Source: Methyloligellaceae bacterium
GTDB taxonomy: Bacteria > Pseudomonadota > Alphaproteobacteria > Rhizobiales > CBDCYM01
Direction of reading: 5' to 3'
NCBI GenBank assembly: GCA_965224165.1
Contig: CBDCYM010000011.1
Span: forward strand, 4,116,476 to 4,180,475
Length of the DNA: 64,000 bases
Shown: in pieces, positions 1-10,077 of the stretch
Numbering within the stretch: position 1 is the first letter of the stretch
How the letters are laid out: every line of letters starts with the position of its first letter
Program-made: the position numbers and the translations under genes
Notes under the pieces: model-generated
The model's input: only the letters and a program-made list of their open reading frames with translations
Database searches by the model: none
Told to the model about the DNA's origin: nothing

Positions 1-1
1 C

Positions 2-1060
2 AATGAGACAATTGAAGCGCTTAAACTGGCGCGAGACCGTATTGAGCACCACCACAAGCGCCAGTTACCTCAAGACGATCACTACAGGGACCCATTGGGT
101 GTTGAGCTAGGCCAACGCTGGACCGCGGTTGAATCTGTCGGGCTTTATGTGCCAGGCGGCACGGCAAGCTATCCAAGCTCTGTCTTAATGAACGCCATAC
201 CGGCAAAAGTAGCGGGCGTAGAGCGAATAGCGATGGTGGTGCCGACGCCAAATGGAGAGATTAATCCCCTCGTTCTGGCGGCAGCCCGTCTCGCGGATAT
301 TAGTGAAATTTATCGTATTGGTGGCGCCCAGGCAGTAGCGGCACTTGCTTATGGTACAGAAACCATATCGCCGGTTGTTAAAATCGTAGGGCCTGGAAAT
401 GCCTATGTGGCGGCCGCCAAACGGCAGGTGTTCGGTACGGTGGGAATTGATATGATCGCTGGCCCGTCAGAAGTGCTGGTTGTGGCAGATAAAAACAATG
501 ATCCGGGCTGGATCGCTGCGGATCTTCTTGCCCAAGCCGAACATGACGCCTCAGCACAGGCCATCTTGATGACCGATGACAAGACATTCGCTAAAGATGT
601 TATTGAAGCCGTTAAACATCAGCTTGCAACCTTACCTCGTGGCAATATAGCTGCGGCGAGTTGGGAAAATTTCGGTGCGGTCATTCTTCTCAACGATCTT
701 AGTGAAGCTCCTGAACTCGTGGACCGTATTGCCCCTGAACATTTGGAGCTTGCGACCCAGGATCCCGATAGTTTAATGGCCAAAGTTAGAAATGCAGGCG
801 CAATTTTCCTTGGGCGTTATACACCTGAGGTGATCGGTGATTATGTAGCTGGTTCCAATCACGTTCTGCCCACAGCAAGAAGCGCACGATTTTCGTCCGG
901 TTTGGGTGTTTTGGATTTTATGAAGAGGTCTTCGGTCTTGCGTCTGACCCCAGAAAGCTTAGCAAAACTTGGCCCCCCCGCCATGACACTTGCTCAAGCA
1001 GAAGGACTGGAAGCCCATAGCCGATCCGTTGGCATCCGTTTTGACGATGATTCTTCATAA
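2..1060 (+). CDS. hisD: Histidinol dehydrogenase, C-terminal part (5' end lies outside the window)
   Basis: The frame is open from base 2 (NETIEALKLARDRIEHHHKRQ...). HisD-like blocks: GLYVPGGTASYPSSVLM, GPGNAYVAAAKR, AQAEHD, GSNHVLPT. Confidence 0.9.
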   Translation, partial: NETIEALKLARDRIEHHHKRQLPQDDHYRDPLGVELGQRWTAVESVGLYVPGGTASYPSSVLMNAIPAKVAGVERIAMVVPTPNGEINPLVLAAARLADISEIYRIGGAQAVAALAYGTETISPVVKIVGPGNAYVAAAKRQVFGTVGIDMIAGPSEVLVVADKNNDPGWIAADLLAQAEHDASAQAILMTDDKTFAKDVIEAVKHQLATLPRGNIAAASWENFGAVILLNDLSEAPELVDRIAPEHLELATQDPDSLMAKVRNAGAIFLGRYTPEVIGDYVAGSNHVLPTARSARFSSGLGVLDFMKRSSVLRLTPESLAKLGPPAMTLAQAEGLEAHSRSVGIRFDDDSS

Positions 1061-1184
1061 GCGAGGTTCCCCCAAAGGATTCGGTTAGCGAGACTTTACA
1101 TTTGCCAATAGGTCAAGGTTATTGCAGTTTCCTATCATTGGTGCCTAAGACACCTCCCTGAATGGCTGAAGGCTGAGAAGATAC

Positions 1185-1652
1185 ATGTCGAAATTGATCG
1201 AAGTGACACTTGACGAAGCTTCTATCGGACGCAACACGCCCGATATCGAACATGAGCGTGAGGTGGCTATTTTCGATCTATTAGAGGAAAATACTTTTCA
1301 ACTAGAAGGGGCTTATCAGGGGCCTTATACACTTCACCTTTCGATCGTAGAAAATAGGCTGGTATTCGGAGTTGGAGACGAAAAGAAAGAACCTGTTACA
1401 ACCTTCATACTCTCGCTCTCTCCATTCCGCCGAATCATAAAAGATTACTTTCTTATCTGTGCCAGCTATTTTGACGCTATCAAATCCGCGCCTCCAAGTC
1501 AGATTGAAGCGATTGATATGGGGCGCAGAGGACTTCACAACGAAGGCAGTCAGCTTCTTATGGAGCGGCTAAAAGGTAAGGTAGACGTTGATTTTGACAC
1601 AGCTCGACGGATTTTTACTCTAATCTGTGCACTGCACTGGAAAGGGCAGTAG
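1185..1652 (+). CDS. UPF0262 family protein
   Basis: The 155-aa product has [20 protein letters not shown], typical of the UPF0262 family, and sits next to hisD as in many alphaproteobacteria. Confidence 0.8.
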   Translation: MSKLIEVTLDEASIGRNTPDIEHEREVAIFDLLEENTFQLEGAYQGPYTLHLSIVENRLVFGVGDEKKEPVTTFILSLSPFRRIIKDYFLICASYFDAIKSAPPSQIEAIDMGRRGLHNEGSQLLMERLKGKVDVDFDTARRIFTLICALHWKGQ

Positions 1653-1735
1653 CCATTTAAGAAAATGCATGCCTTCGGATGCACCCCTTGGGTGCATTTG
1701 ATCTAGACGCAAGGATTTTTCTTGAATGGCTCTCT

Positions 1736-2212
1736 ATGAAGGTGACAATAATAGTGGCAAAACAAGGCGGAGGGGATTTACCTGGAGCTGTTTTATTTGC
1801 TTGCAGTATGAATTCAGTGCGCTCGCCCATGGCTGCCGGAATTTTGCGCCATCTCGCTGGACGACGCATTTATGTGCGTTCTGCAGGTGTGCGCCCCGGG
1901 GAAACAGATCATTTTGCAACAGAAGTTATGAATGAAATTGGCATAGATATCTCAGGTCATGAACCACGGTCATTTGATGACCTTCAAGATACAACCTTTG
2001 ATCTTGTTATCTCATTGGCGCCGGAAGCCCATCATCAGGCCCTTGAACTCACACGGACAATGTCCGTAGAAGTGGAATATTGGCCGACCATGGACCCAAC
2101 CCTAACGTCAGGCCAACGGGAGCAAATTTTGGATGCGTACCGTGCTTGTAGAGACACATTGTTTAAGCGTATTAAGGAACGCTTTGATATTGTTGGCGCT
2201 CCTAAGGTATGA
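1736..2212 (+). CDS. Low-molecular-weight phosphotyrosine phosphatase / ArsC-like family protein
   Basis: CX5R(S) P-loop in VLFACSMNSVRSPMAAG. I chose the internal ATG at 1736 rather than the ORF-track start at 1679. Confidence 0.8.
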   Translation: MKVTIIVAKQGGGDLPGAVLFACSMNSVRSPMAAGILRHLAGRRIYVRSAGVRPGETDHFATEVMNEIGIDISGHEPRSFDDLQDTTFDLVISLAPEAHHQALELTRTMSVEVEYWPTMDPTLTSGQREQILDAYRACRDTLFKRIKERFDIVGAPKV

Positions 2213-2234
2213 TGTTACCGCAAATTGATAGTGG

Positions 2235-2269
2235 AGCAGCAAATAACCATCTTGATTTTGCTGCTTTTG
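2235..2269 (+). terminator. Intrinsic terminator candidate downstream of the phosphatase gene
   Basis: 9-bp stem AGCAGCAAA (2235-2243) / TTTGCTGCT (2257-2265), a 13-nt loop, then TTTG. Confidence 0.5.
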
Positions 2270-2301
2270 CAACACATTCTCTCGAGAACTTTTCTCAAAG
2301 G

Positions 2302-2329
2302 AATGTCTCAAGTAGCGAAGCGATAGACA
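2302..2329. repeat. 28-bp dispersed motif AATGTCTCAAGTAGCGAAGCGATAGACA (second copy at 38947-38974)
   Basis: 26 of 28 positions match 38947-38974. Both copies lie in 5' intergenic regions. Confidence 0.55.
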
Positions 2330-2345
2330 TAGAAATGGAAAATAT

Positions 2346-2564
2346 ATGGCAAAGGAAGAGCTTCCGGAGTTTCAAGGCATTGTGACAGAGTTGCTGCCCA
2401 ATGCTACTTTCCGGGTGAAGCTTGAGAACGACCACGAGATTATTGCCCACACAGCAGGGCGAATGCGCAAGAACCGTATTCGCGTTCTTGCCGGCGATAA
2501 GGTATTGGTTGAAATGACGCCTTATGATCTCACAAAAGGTCGTATCACGTATCGCTTCAAATAG
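2346..2564 (+). CDS. infA: Translation initiation factor IF-1
   Basis: The 72-aa product is IF-1-like along its full length ([62 protein letters not shown]). Confidence 0.97.
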   Translation: MAKEELPEFQGIVTELLPNATFRVKLENDHEIIAHTAGRMRKNRIRVLAGDKVLVEMTPYDLTKGRITYRFK

Positions 2565-2613
2565 TCCCGGTTCCGTTATCCTGTTGTTCAAGCAAAGAAG
2601 TGGATAGGGTGGC

Positions 2614-3273
2614 ATGGCAAAAGGCAGCAAAGAACAGCTGTCAGAATTGAAGCTCGTATTAGCAAGTGCATCACCGCGGCGCTTGGCACTTTTGCAACAA
2701 GTTGGCGTTGAGCCTGATGCTTTGAGACCGGCGACAATTGATGAAACGCCGCATCAGAATGAGATGCCTCGTTCATTTGTGGCACGGCTCGCCAGAGCAA
2801 AAGCCAATGCTGCAAAAGATTCTCTAATCGATGATGAGGTCCTGTCTAAGGCTCTTGTTCTCGCGGCAGACACTACTGTAGCCGTTGGCAGACGCATTGT
2901 CACAAAACCGCAATTTGTCGATGAAGAAGCAGCTGCACTTCAACTGCTTTCTGGCCGGTCACATAAAGTCTATACCGGCATTTGTCTCATCACGCCAGAA
3001 GATGCCATGCGCCAAAGAGTGGTCGAAACTCGGGTTCGTTTTAAACGTCTCTCCAGCACGGAAATGGATAGTTACCTCGCCACGCAGGAATGGCGGGGCA
3101 AAGCTGGTGGTTATGCTATTCAAGGGCTTGCTGGCGCTTTCGTTCAAAAGCTTGTCGGTTCCTATACAAATGTAGTGGGACTACCGCTCCTTGAAGTGGT
3201 CAATCTGTTACAAGGCGAAGGATACCCCGTTTGTTTCAATTGGCTGAAACGCGCCGAAGTGGAAGTGGACTAG
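2614..3273 (+). CDS. maf: Maf-like nucleoside triphosphate pyrophosphatase
   Basis: [14 protein letters not shown] near the N-terminus and KAGGYAIQG near the C-terminus. The position after infA is conserved. Confidence 0.9.
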   Translation: MAKGSKEQLSELKLVLASASPRRLALLQQVGVEPDALRPATIDETPHQNEMPRSFVARLARAKANAAKDSLIDDEVLSKALVLAADTTVAVGRRIVTKPQFVDEEAAALQLLSGRSHKVYTGICLITPEDAMRQRVVETRVRFKRLSSTEMDSYLATQEWRGKAGGYAIQGLAGAFVQKLVGSYTNVVGLPLLEVVNLLQGEGYPVCFNWLKRAEVEVD

Positions 3274-3277
3274 ACTC

Positions 3278-3499
3278 GTGTTACCGAGAGCAAATAACGA
3301 TAATAAACAGGACACCCGCGAACAAGATGTAAAAAGCGTGGGGGAGCGCTCATGTCCTATATGCAAGGCACCAGCTCAACACAACTACCGACCATTCTGT
3401 TCCAAACGTTGTGCAGATGTTGATTTAGGTCGCTGGCTTTCAGGCCGCTATGCCATTCCCGGATTGCCGGAATCGGATGAAAATGATCGATCTGAATGA
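3278..3499 (+). CDS. yacG: DNA gyrase inhibitor YacG (zinc-binding)
   Basis: CPICKAPAQHNYRPFCSKRCADVDLGRWLSGRYAIP. GTG start, with no alternative Met upstream of the zinc motif. Confidence 0.85.
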   Translation: MLPRANNDNKQDTREQDVKSVGERSCPICKAPAQHNYRPFCSKRCADVDLGRWLSGRYAIPGLPESDENDRSE

Positions 3500-3643
3500 A
3501 GTGAGGCATAACTTCCAGCAGATATGTTGTAAAGATAGTTTTGTTATTGCGAGCGAGCTTTAGTGAGCATGGCAATCTAGAACTTGTATGCTTTTTCTGG
3601 GGGTGCAGCATCGGTCTTTCAGGTCTTTCGCGACTACGTACAA

Positions 3644-3885
3644 TCAACGCGTCTGGCGCAAAATCAGGCCAATAACTATCGCAGAAAAGATTAGTCCGAG
3701 AAGTGCCTGTGAAGCTGCAAAAAGACGTGCGTCGTCGCAAGGGCGGAAATCTCCATAGCCGAGCGTTGTAAAAGTTACAACAGAAAAGTAAAAAAATAAC
3801 TGGCCCCTCCGTCATCCCGTCCAAGCGCCAGCCCGAAGGATGAGTTTGCCAATGAGGTGATCTGAGCGCGCGAGACGGGATCCAT
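3644..3885 (-). pseudogene. Frameshifted or truncated K+-channel pore-domain remnant (selectivity filter TTLGYGD)
   Basis: A minus-strand frame not in the ORF track encodes RRGQLFFYFSVVTFTTLGYGDFRPCDDARLFAASQALLGLIFSAIVIGLILRQTR*. It has no start codon. The ATG at 3885 is in another frame, which would join it through a +1 change in the A7 run at 3790-3796. Confidence 0.45.
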
Positions 3886-4112
3886 TTTACGGCCTCATGC
3901 ATGGCACGGCTTATTTGCGTCTCGAGACACACGCAGCACCGCTTGGATCCCCGAGGATATGCTCTACACCGAGACATACCCACCTCCCGGACCGGCATAT
4001 GTCGGGGATGACGGAGTTAGCTGGAATATGTTGGGCATATAAATGTATCCTTACAACTTTTAAGTTAGCACTTGTGGGTTACAAACCCCATCCAACGAAA
4101 GCCAAATACATC

Positions 4113-4538
4113 ATGCGCTTAAAATTTTTCTTGTTCCTAATTGGTTTTATGGCCGCTTCTTCTGCACAGGCACAATGCGTTGCCCCCGGCCCTGCCGGGC
4201 AGTGGAAACCAATGAACAGGGATTTCAAAACCATCGTCCGTTTAGAAATCATTCACCGCTGTTCCTCAAAAACAGGATCGGCCGCACCGTTGCCAGGGGC
4301 TAAATGGACAGTGAGAGCTTGGAGCTGGTGCCGCCCCAGAAATTGCCGATGGGGGCGTGTCGTGGCACAAGAAACGGAGAATGGTCTACTGAGGGCTATT
4401 TTTCCGCTCTTTTCTTCTGAGCGTCATCTGGAAATTATTCCTGATGGTTCACGTATTGAAGTACATTACAATTTTGATTATCGTCATGTTGGCAAAAAAG
4501 ATGTCCGCGGCAAGATTCCGATGATCCGCGCTGATTGA
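4113..4538 (+). CDS. Hypothetical secreted protein (141 aa)
   Basis: The internal ATG at 4113 gives a signal-peptide-like N-terminus, MRLKFFLFLIGFMAASSAQAQ. The upstream part of ORF 3897..4538 looks non-coding. Confidence 0.5.
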   Translation: MRLKFFLFLIGFMAASSAQAQCVAPGPAGQWKPMNRDFKTIVRLEIIHRCSSKTGSAAPLPGAKWTVRAWSWCRPRNCRWGRVVAQETENGLLRAIFPLFSSERHLEIIPDGSRIEVHYNFDYRHVGKKDVRGKIPMIRAD

Positions 4539-4630
4539 TACCTGAGGGTGCGGGTAAGGCAAGAATGATCCATAACAGAGTTGGCCTCTCACGAAAAAGG
4601 ACACCTTTAAAAGGTTTTTCCCGCGTAATG

Positions 4631-5350
4631 CTATATCGTCTTCCCCTCAAAAGCACAAAGATCGGAAATCACACAGCTCTCGCAATCAGGTTTACGCGCT
4701 TTACAAACATAACGCCCATGCAGAATAAGCCAATGATGAGCGTGCAGGCGGTATTTGTCCGGCACAGTGGTCTCTAAGGTTTTTTCAACATCGAGCGGTG
4801 TTTTGCCTGGTGCCAGGCCTGTGCGGTTTGAAACACGAAATATATGTGTGTCGACCGCCATTGTCGGCTGCTTAAATGCCACGTTGAGGACTACGTTAGC
4901 GGTTTTACGCCCGACACCTGGTAGCTTCTCCAAGGCTTCACGATTATCAGGAATTTTGCTCTCATACTGAGAAATGAGTTGATGGGAAAGGGCTATGACA
5001 TTTTTGGCTTTGTTACGATAGAGACCTATGGTCCTGATATAGTCGCGCAACTTATCTTCACCAAGCGCTGCCATAGCCTCAGGGGTATCCGCCACTTTAA
5101 ATAGGTCTTTTGTCGCCTTGTTAACGCCAACATCTGTTGCCTGAGCTGAAAGAACGACAGCGACAAGCAAGGTAAACGGATTGGAATATTCCAGCTCACT
5201 TTTTGGCGCAGGGCGTTCTTTTCTTAAGCGGTGAAAGATTTCGTTAACCGTATCTGAGTCTAGTTTTGATGATGAAAATCCAGCATTTCTCACATTTTTT
5301 TGAGATTTTTTCTTCGTACTTTTCAGGCTTTTTTTCTGTTTTTCTGTCAT
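4631..5350 (-). CDS. nth: Endonuclease III
   Basis: HhH-GPD block LPGVGRKTANVVL and the 4Fe-4S cluster loop CKARKPDCESCVISDLC. There is a Lys-rich N-terminal extension. Confidence 0.93.
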   Translation of the reverse strand: MTEKQKKSLKSTKKKSQKNVRNAGFSSSKLDSDTVNEIFHRLRKERPAPKSELEYSNPFTLLVAVVLSAQATDVGVNKATKDLFKVADTPEAMAALGEDKLRDYIRTIGLYRNKAKNVIALSHQLISQYESKIPDNREALEKLPGVGRKTANVVLNVAFKQPTMAVDTHIFRVSNRTGLAPGKTPLDVEKTLETTVPDKYRLHAHHWLILHGRYVCKARKPDCESCVISDLCAFEGKTI

Positions 5351-5394
5351 TTTATCATTCGTAAGTTTAATGCGAATTGGTATCCTTGTAAGCC

Positions 5395-5889
5395 ATGGAT
5401 CAGTGTTCTGAGTTCGAAAACGAGACTAAGCATTTTTCAGCGGTTTTAACACCACATCGGTCTCTTAGTCCGCAAGGGTTTCTTATTTTAATGAGCCTCA
5501 TTTGTCTCGTTAGTTTTGGGACCGGTTTTGTCTTTTATTTCCTTGGGGCCTGGCCGGTTCTAGGTTTTTTTGGCCTTGATGTTCTTTTGATCTACATTGC
5601 TTTTAGACTCAATTATTATGCGGCCCGTTTATATGAAACTGTAGATCTCACGGATGAAGAGCTGAGAGTAACAAGGGTTCATCCCACAGGCCGGCACGAA
5701 AGCTGGACATTCAATCCTTACTGGGTGCGTTTAGAGGTTACGGAACATCCAAGCCGCCCCAACGATTTGACACTTTTCTCCCATGGTAGCGGTCTCACCT
5801 TCGGTGCATTTTTAACTGATGATGAAAAACGGGATTTTGCGGAAGCCCTCGGCGGTGCATTGCAAAGTCACCGCACTCCCCGTATTTGA
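5395..5889 (+). CDS. DUF2244-like integral membrane protein
   Basis: Two adjacent TM helices follow LTPHRSLSPQGFLILM, and the C-terminal soluble part is typical of this family. Confidence 0.65.
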   Translation: MDQCSEFENETKHFSAVLTPHRSLSPQGFLILMSLICLVSFGTGFVFYFLGAWPVLGFFGLDVLLIYIAFRLNYYAARLYETVDLTDEELRVTRVHPTGRHESWTFNPYWVRLEVTEHPSRPNDLTLFSHGSGLTFGAFLTDDEKRDFAEALGGALQSHRTPRI

Positions 5890-5977
5890 TTACTGAGTCT
5901 ATAACGCAAGAATCGGGTCGTTTTCTGCCTCTTTCCCAGATATTGTTCATGGAAGAATGTTCAGTGAGACCTGATAT

Positions 5978-6865
5978 ATGCTGTACGCAGAAAAAAACAT
6001 GCCGGCTGATAATAACCTGCCGATGTTCAATCAAGACTATACACGAGTCAAAGAAGCCATTGAATTTTTGACAGCACATTGGCAGCGCCAACCATCGCTT
6101 GAAGAACTGGCACGCCATGTTGGCATGAGCCCACAACACTTTCAAAAACTCTTTAAGCGTTGGGCTGGATTAAGCCCAAAAGAATTTATTCAAGCGATTA
6201 CAATTGATCATGCGCGTACCCTTTTAAGAGGATCGGCAAGCGTACTTGATACGGCTTATGAGGTTGGGCTCTCTGGTTCAAGCAGATTGCATGATCTTTT
6301 CGTTGATCATGAAGCCATGACACCTGGCGATTATAAACGCGGTGGAGCAGGATTGGAGATCTCATACGGATTTCACGATTCACCTTTTGGTATCGCGTTG
6401 TTAATGGCTACCTCACGGGGGCTTTCGGGATTGGCCTTTACCGATGGAGGAAAAGATCGCGATACGGTAATGAAGGATATGAGGGCCCGGTGGCCTGAAG
6501 CTAATTATCTTCACGCCCCTGAAATCACAGAATCCTATGCCAAGTACATTTTTTCACCCGGTACATGGCAAACAAAACAGCCCTTAAAGATCGTACTGAT
6601 CGGCACGGATTTTGAGATCAGAGTTTGGCAGGCGCTCCTTAAAATTCCCATGGGCCGAGCTGTTACCTATTCTGACATTGCTGCTTATGTTCATTCACCA
6701 CGCGCAGCCCGCGCTGTCGGTTCTGCCGTTGGCCGCAATCCGATCTCCTTCGTGGTGCCCTGTCACCGGGTGCTTAGAAAGGACGGCAATCTTGGCGGCT
6801 ATCACTGGGGCGTCACACGCAAACAAGCCATTATCGGTTGGGAGGCGGGGCGGTTAGCTCATTAG
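5978..6865 (+). CDS. AraC-type HTH fused to methylated-DNA--protein-cysteine methyltransferase (Ada/Ogt-like)
   Basis: AraC HTH (LEELARHVGMSPQHFQKLFKRWAGLSPKEF) at the N-terminus and the MGMT active site VPCHRV near the C-terminus. The start could instead be a downstream Met at 5999 or 6023. Confidence 0.85.
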   Translation: MLYAEKNMPADNNLPMFNQDYTRVKEAIEFLTAHWQRQPSLEELARHVGMSPQHFQKLFKRWAGLSPKEFIQAITIDHARTLLRGSASVLDTAYEVGLSGSSRLHDLFVDHEAMTPGDYKRGGAGLEISYGFHDSPFGIALLMATSRGLSGLAFTDGGKDRDTVMKDMRARWPEANYLHAPEITESYAKYIFSPGTWQTKQPLKIVLIGTDFEIRVWQALLKIPMGRAVTYSDIAAYVHSPRAARAVGSAVGRNPISFVVPCHRVLRKDGNLGGYHWGVTRKQAIIGWEAGRLAH

Positions 6866-6876
6866 ATGTACAACGC

Positions 6877-7500
6877 TCACGCTGCCAAGTCCCGTGCCTC
6901 CGCAACAGACCCATCAGCATTCAGCCGGTAAATAATCGGAACACCCGTTCCGAGTTCACGCTTGAGGATCTCCTCTGGTGATAAATTCTCAAGCTTCATT
7001 ATGAGGGCCCGTAGCGAATTACCGTGGGCGGATACAATAACGTTTTTGCCAGCCATGACATCCGGTAGAATACTCGCTTCATAATAGGGCAGAACGCGCT
7101 CGGCAGTATCTTTCAGACTCTCCCCACCAGGCGGCGGGACATCAAACGAGCGCCGCCAAATATGGACCTGCTCCTCCCCCCATTTCTCCCGCGCATCATC
7201 TTTGTTGAGCCCGGTCAAGTCGCCGTAATCGCGTTCATTAAGGGCTTGGTCTTTTATGGTTAGAAGCCCGTCTTGCCCCAACTCTTCAAGAACGAGTGTA
7301 AGTGTGATTTGCGCGCGCGAGAGAACGCTTGTGTAGGCAATATCAAAGCGAAGATTTTCTGCTTTGAGAAGTTGGCCTGCTCTTTTGGCTTCCGCTATCC
7401 CCTTTTCAGTGAGGCCTGGATCTTTCCAACCGGTGAATAGGTTTTTCAAGTTCCACTCGCTTTGTCCGTGCCGAACCAGCACTAAGACATTGTCCATCAT
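6877..7500 (-). CDS. gpmA: 2,3-bisphosphoglycerate-dependent phosphoglycerate mutase
   Basis: [20 protein letters not shown] and [10 protein letters not shown] motifs. RBS GAAGGA lies upstream. Confidence 0.93.
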   Translation of the reverse strand: MMDNVLVLVRHGQSEWNLKNLFTGWKDPGLTEKGIAEAKRAGQLLKAENLRFDIAYTSVLSRAQITLTLVLEELGQDGLLTIKDQALNERDYGDLTGLNKDDAREKWGEEQVHIWRRSFDVPPPGGESLKDTAERVLPYYEASILPDVMAGKNVIVSAHGNSLRALIMKLENLSPEEILKRELGTGVPIIYRLNADGSVAEARDLAA

Positions 7501-7623
7501 TGTTATCCTTCTCTAATAGGAGACCGCAATAACCTCAGCTCATTGGCTGATATTAAGTCCTTGCCAGCCAATTCCTTTTTGCCCGTTCATCGTTAGACGT
7601 TATCGCAATCTCGTATAATGCGT

Positions 7624-8439
7624 TCAGTTATCTTGCAACCCAAGTACATCCATCATTGAGTAAAGCCCGGGGGATTTATCCCAGCCCCAAAGAGCCGCTT
7701 TTACAGCACCGCGAGCGAAGATTGCCCTGTCTGCAGCCTTATGTGTCAATTCAATGCGCTCACCTTCTCCTGCAAAAATCACGCTATGATCTCCCACAAC
7801 ACTCCCGCCACGAAGTGTTGCAAAGCCAATATCACCTTGGCCCCGCGGCCCCGTATGACCGTCGCGTGAACGAACTGAATAATCCTCAAGAGAAACTTCA
7901 CGCCCTTTTGCCGCCGCCTCACCCAACATCAAAGCCGTGCCTGACGGGGCATCAACCTTGTGGCGGTGATGCATTTCAACGATTTCGATATCGAACTCCG
8001 CATCGAGAATTTGCGCAACCTTGCGCGTTAATGCAACCAGAAGATTAACCCCAAGGCTCATATTACCCGCTTTGATAATCCTGGCATGGCGGGCCGCCGC
8101 TTCGAGTTTTGGTTCATCTTCCACGCCAAAACCTGTTGTCCCAATCACATGAACAATACGGGCTTGAGCAGCTAAACTCGCAAAATTTAAACTTGCTGCG
8201 GGCGAGGTAAAATCGAGAATACCGTCAACATTCGCAAAAAGAGGAAGCGGATCATCAGTGATTTTTACGCCAAGAGAGCCGAGCCCGGCAATCTCACCAA
8301 CATCCTTGCCCACGGCATCACTTCCCGGCTGTTCGGTACCGCCAATAACGACACAACCGGGAATGTCGTGAACAGCACGCGTCAACGCCTGACCCATACG
8401 TCCAGCAGCACCCATTATGGCAAGCTTCATATCGCTCAT
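7624..8439 (-). CDS. dapB: 4-hydroxy-tetrahydrodipicolinate reductase
   Basis: GAAGRMG dinucleotide fold and [16 protein letters not shown] chose the ATG at 8439 because GGGAGG lies 7 nt upstream; the ORF-track start at 8445 is TTG. Confidence 0.93.
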   Translation of the reverse strand: MSDMKLAIMGAAGRMGQALTRAVHDIPGCVVIGGTEQPGSDAVGKDVGEIAGLGSLGVKITDDPLPLFANVDGILDFTSPAASLNFASLAAQARIVHVIGTTGFGVEDEPKLEAAARHARIIKAGNMSLGVNLLVALTRKVAQILDAEFDIEIVEMHHRHKVDAPSGTALMLGEAAAKGREVSLEDYSVRSRDGHTGPRGQGDIGFATLRGGSVVGDHSVIFAGEGERIELTHKAADRAIFARGAVKAALWGWDKSPGLYSMMDVLGLQDN

Positions 8440-8587
8440 AATCAAGCCTCCCTATTTGAGACTGAAAAAGTTACAATTCATGCATTTATCGAAAATACGC
8501 GGTCAAAATCCTTTTGCCTCTCAGCCCCCTGAACGGTATGAAACCACAAAATAGGCTGTAAGCAGCTAATTTGGGAAGGATAGACCC

Positions 8588-9154
8588 ATGCGCATAACTT
8601 TGCTGTTATCTCTTATCTGCATTTGTATGCCCTTAACAAGTCAGGCCGGAGAGGTCAAAAGCTTCTATACAAATATCGATCTCGGTAAGTGCAAGCTCGC
8701 AGCAGACGCAAAACCCGGCAATGGAGAGTGGTCTGAGTGGCATTGCCGCGGGTTTAGGGGCATGAGGGTGACCGTTGTGGAAAGTGATCTTCGGTTCTAT
8801 CTATCCTATGGGCCTAAGGGCAAAAAACAGCAAGTAACTGAACAAACCCTGCCTCCTTTCAACAATATTGGTGCCAAACTTGAATGGCGGGCAAAAAAAC
8901 GCCGTGGCCGGTGGGTCCCCTATGCTACAATCTTACGCTATTTCACGGATACTGGTGATGGGCAAAAGGGCCAAATTTTGGTGGTGACAAAACTCGGGAA
9001 AGATGATGCCTGCCATGTTGCCTATATTGATGCGCTTGCGAATAAAAACGCTAACGCCTTAGCACGCCGTACCGCTGATCAACGTGTGCCAAGCTTTCTT
9101 TGCCGGGCAGACGAACCGCAAAGAGTCGGTAATCAAGGCGTTAGTCCGCTATAA
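8588..9154 (+). CDS. Hypothetical secreted protein (188 aa)
   Basis: Signal peptide MRITLLLSLICICMPLTSQAG, RBS GGAAGGA upstream, and no recognisable catalytic motif. Confidence 0.6.
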   Translation: MRITLLLSLICICMPLTSQAGEVKSFYTNIDLGKCKLAADAKPGNGEWSEWHCRGFRGMRVTVVESDLRFYLSYGPKGKKQQVTEQTLPPFNNIGAKLEWRAKKRRGRWVPYATILRYFTDTGDGQKGQILVVTKLGKDDACHVAYIDALANKNANALARRTADQRVPSFLCRADEPQRVGNQGVSPL

Positions 9155-9234
9155 CATAAAGATGGCTAATACCGGACGGCCTTTCTGATCAGCTTGCATC
9201 TTTTTTTAAAAAGAGCAAACATTTCAAGAAAGTA

Positions 9235-10011
9235 TCAAAACCGCCGCTCAACCAACTTCTTCTTAATCTCTGCGATCGCTTTGGCAGGGCTTAGGCCTTT
9301 TGGACAAGCTTTTGCACAATTCATAATAGTGTGGCAGCGATAAAGACGAAACGGGTCTTCCAAATCATCCAACCGTTCGCCGGTTGCTTCGTCTCGTGAG
9401 TCAATAATCCAACGATAGGCTTGCAGAAGGACAGCCGGCCCGAGATAGCGGTCACTATTCCACCAATAGCTTGGGCAGGATGTGGAACAACAAGCGCAGA
9501 GAATGCATTCATAAAGCCCATCAAGCTTTTCCCGGTCCTCGCGAGACTGTCTCCATTCCTTCTCCGGCATGGAGGTTTCCGTCTTGAGCCAAGGCTCAAT
9601 GGATCGGTGCTGGGCGTAAAAATTAGTCAGATCCGGCACAAGGTCTTTCACGACAGGCATATGCGGCAATGGATAGACTTTTATTGCCCCTCTAATCTCA
9701 TCGATACCTTTTGTGCAAGCAAGCGTATTGGTACCGCCAACATTCATTGCGCAAGAACCGCAAATTCCTTCGCGACAAGACCGGCGAAACGTTAGTGTTG
9801 GGTCAATTTCATTTTTAATCTTGATGAGCGCGTCCAACACCATGGGCCCGCAATCCCTGAGATCGACATAATAGGTATCAACACGTGGATTGTCGTTATC
9901 ATCTGGATTCCAACGATAAATGCGAAATTCTTTGAATGTCTTACCCTCAGGCTTGTTCCAAGCCTTGCCATTTCGGACTTTTGAATTTTTAGGGAGTGCC
10001 AGCTCGACCAT
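9235..10011 (-). CDS. sdhB: Succinate dehydrogenase iron-sulfur subunit
   Basis: Three Fe-S cluster motifs: [23 protein letters not shown] and [14 protein letters not shown]. Confidence 0.97.
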   Translation of the reverse strand: MVELALPKNSKVRNGKAWNKPEGKTFKEFRIYRWNPDDNDNPRVDTYYVDLRDCGPMVLDALIKIKNEIDPTLTFRRSCREGICGSCAMNVGGTNTLACTKGIDEIRGAIKVYPLPHMPVVKDLVPDLTNFYAQHRSIEPWLKTETSMPEKEWRQSREDREKLDGLYECILCACCSTSCPSYWWNSDRYLGPAVLLQAYRWIIDSRDEATGERLDDLEDPFRLYRCHTIMNCAKACPKGLSPAKAIAEIKKKLVERRF

Positions 10012-10077
10012 CTCATTGTCCTATTTTTTCATTTCCGGGATAACCGTAGTTATTACCGTCAAAGCGTTTTTTATTCT

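Noticed and set aside
3357-3998. 213-aa minus-strand ORF from the track, overlapping the 3' end of yacG.
   Set aside because: It has no recognisable motif or hydrophobic pattern and overlaps yacG by about 140 nt. The only meaningful signal here (TTLGYGD) lies in a different frame, so this ORF is probably a by-product of a decayed region.
3897-4112. N-terminal 72 residues of plus-strand ORF 3897..4538.
   Set aside because: The sequence is Arg/His/Pro-rich with no coding character. A clean signal peptide begins at the internal ATG at 4113, so only 4113..4538 was called.
3500-4112. Search for tRNA, tmRNA or other structured RNA genes in this and the other long spacers (25673-25972, 56342-56744, 60024-60233).
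   Set aside because: I found no cloverleaf-compatible acceptor/T-arm pairings or GGTTCGA-type T-loops by eye. Absence cannot be proven without tRNAscan-SE/Infernal.
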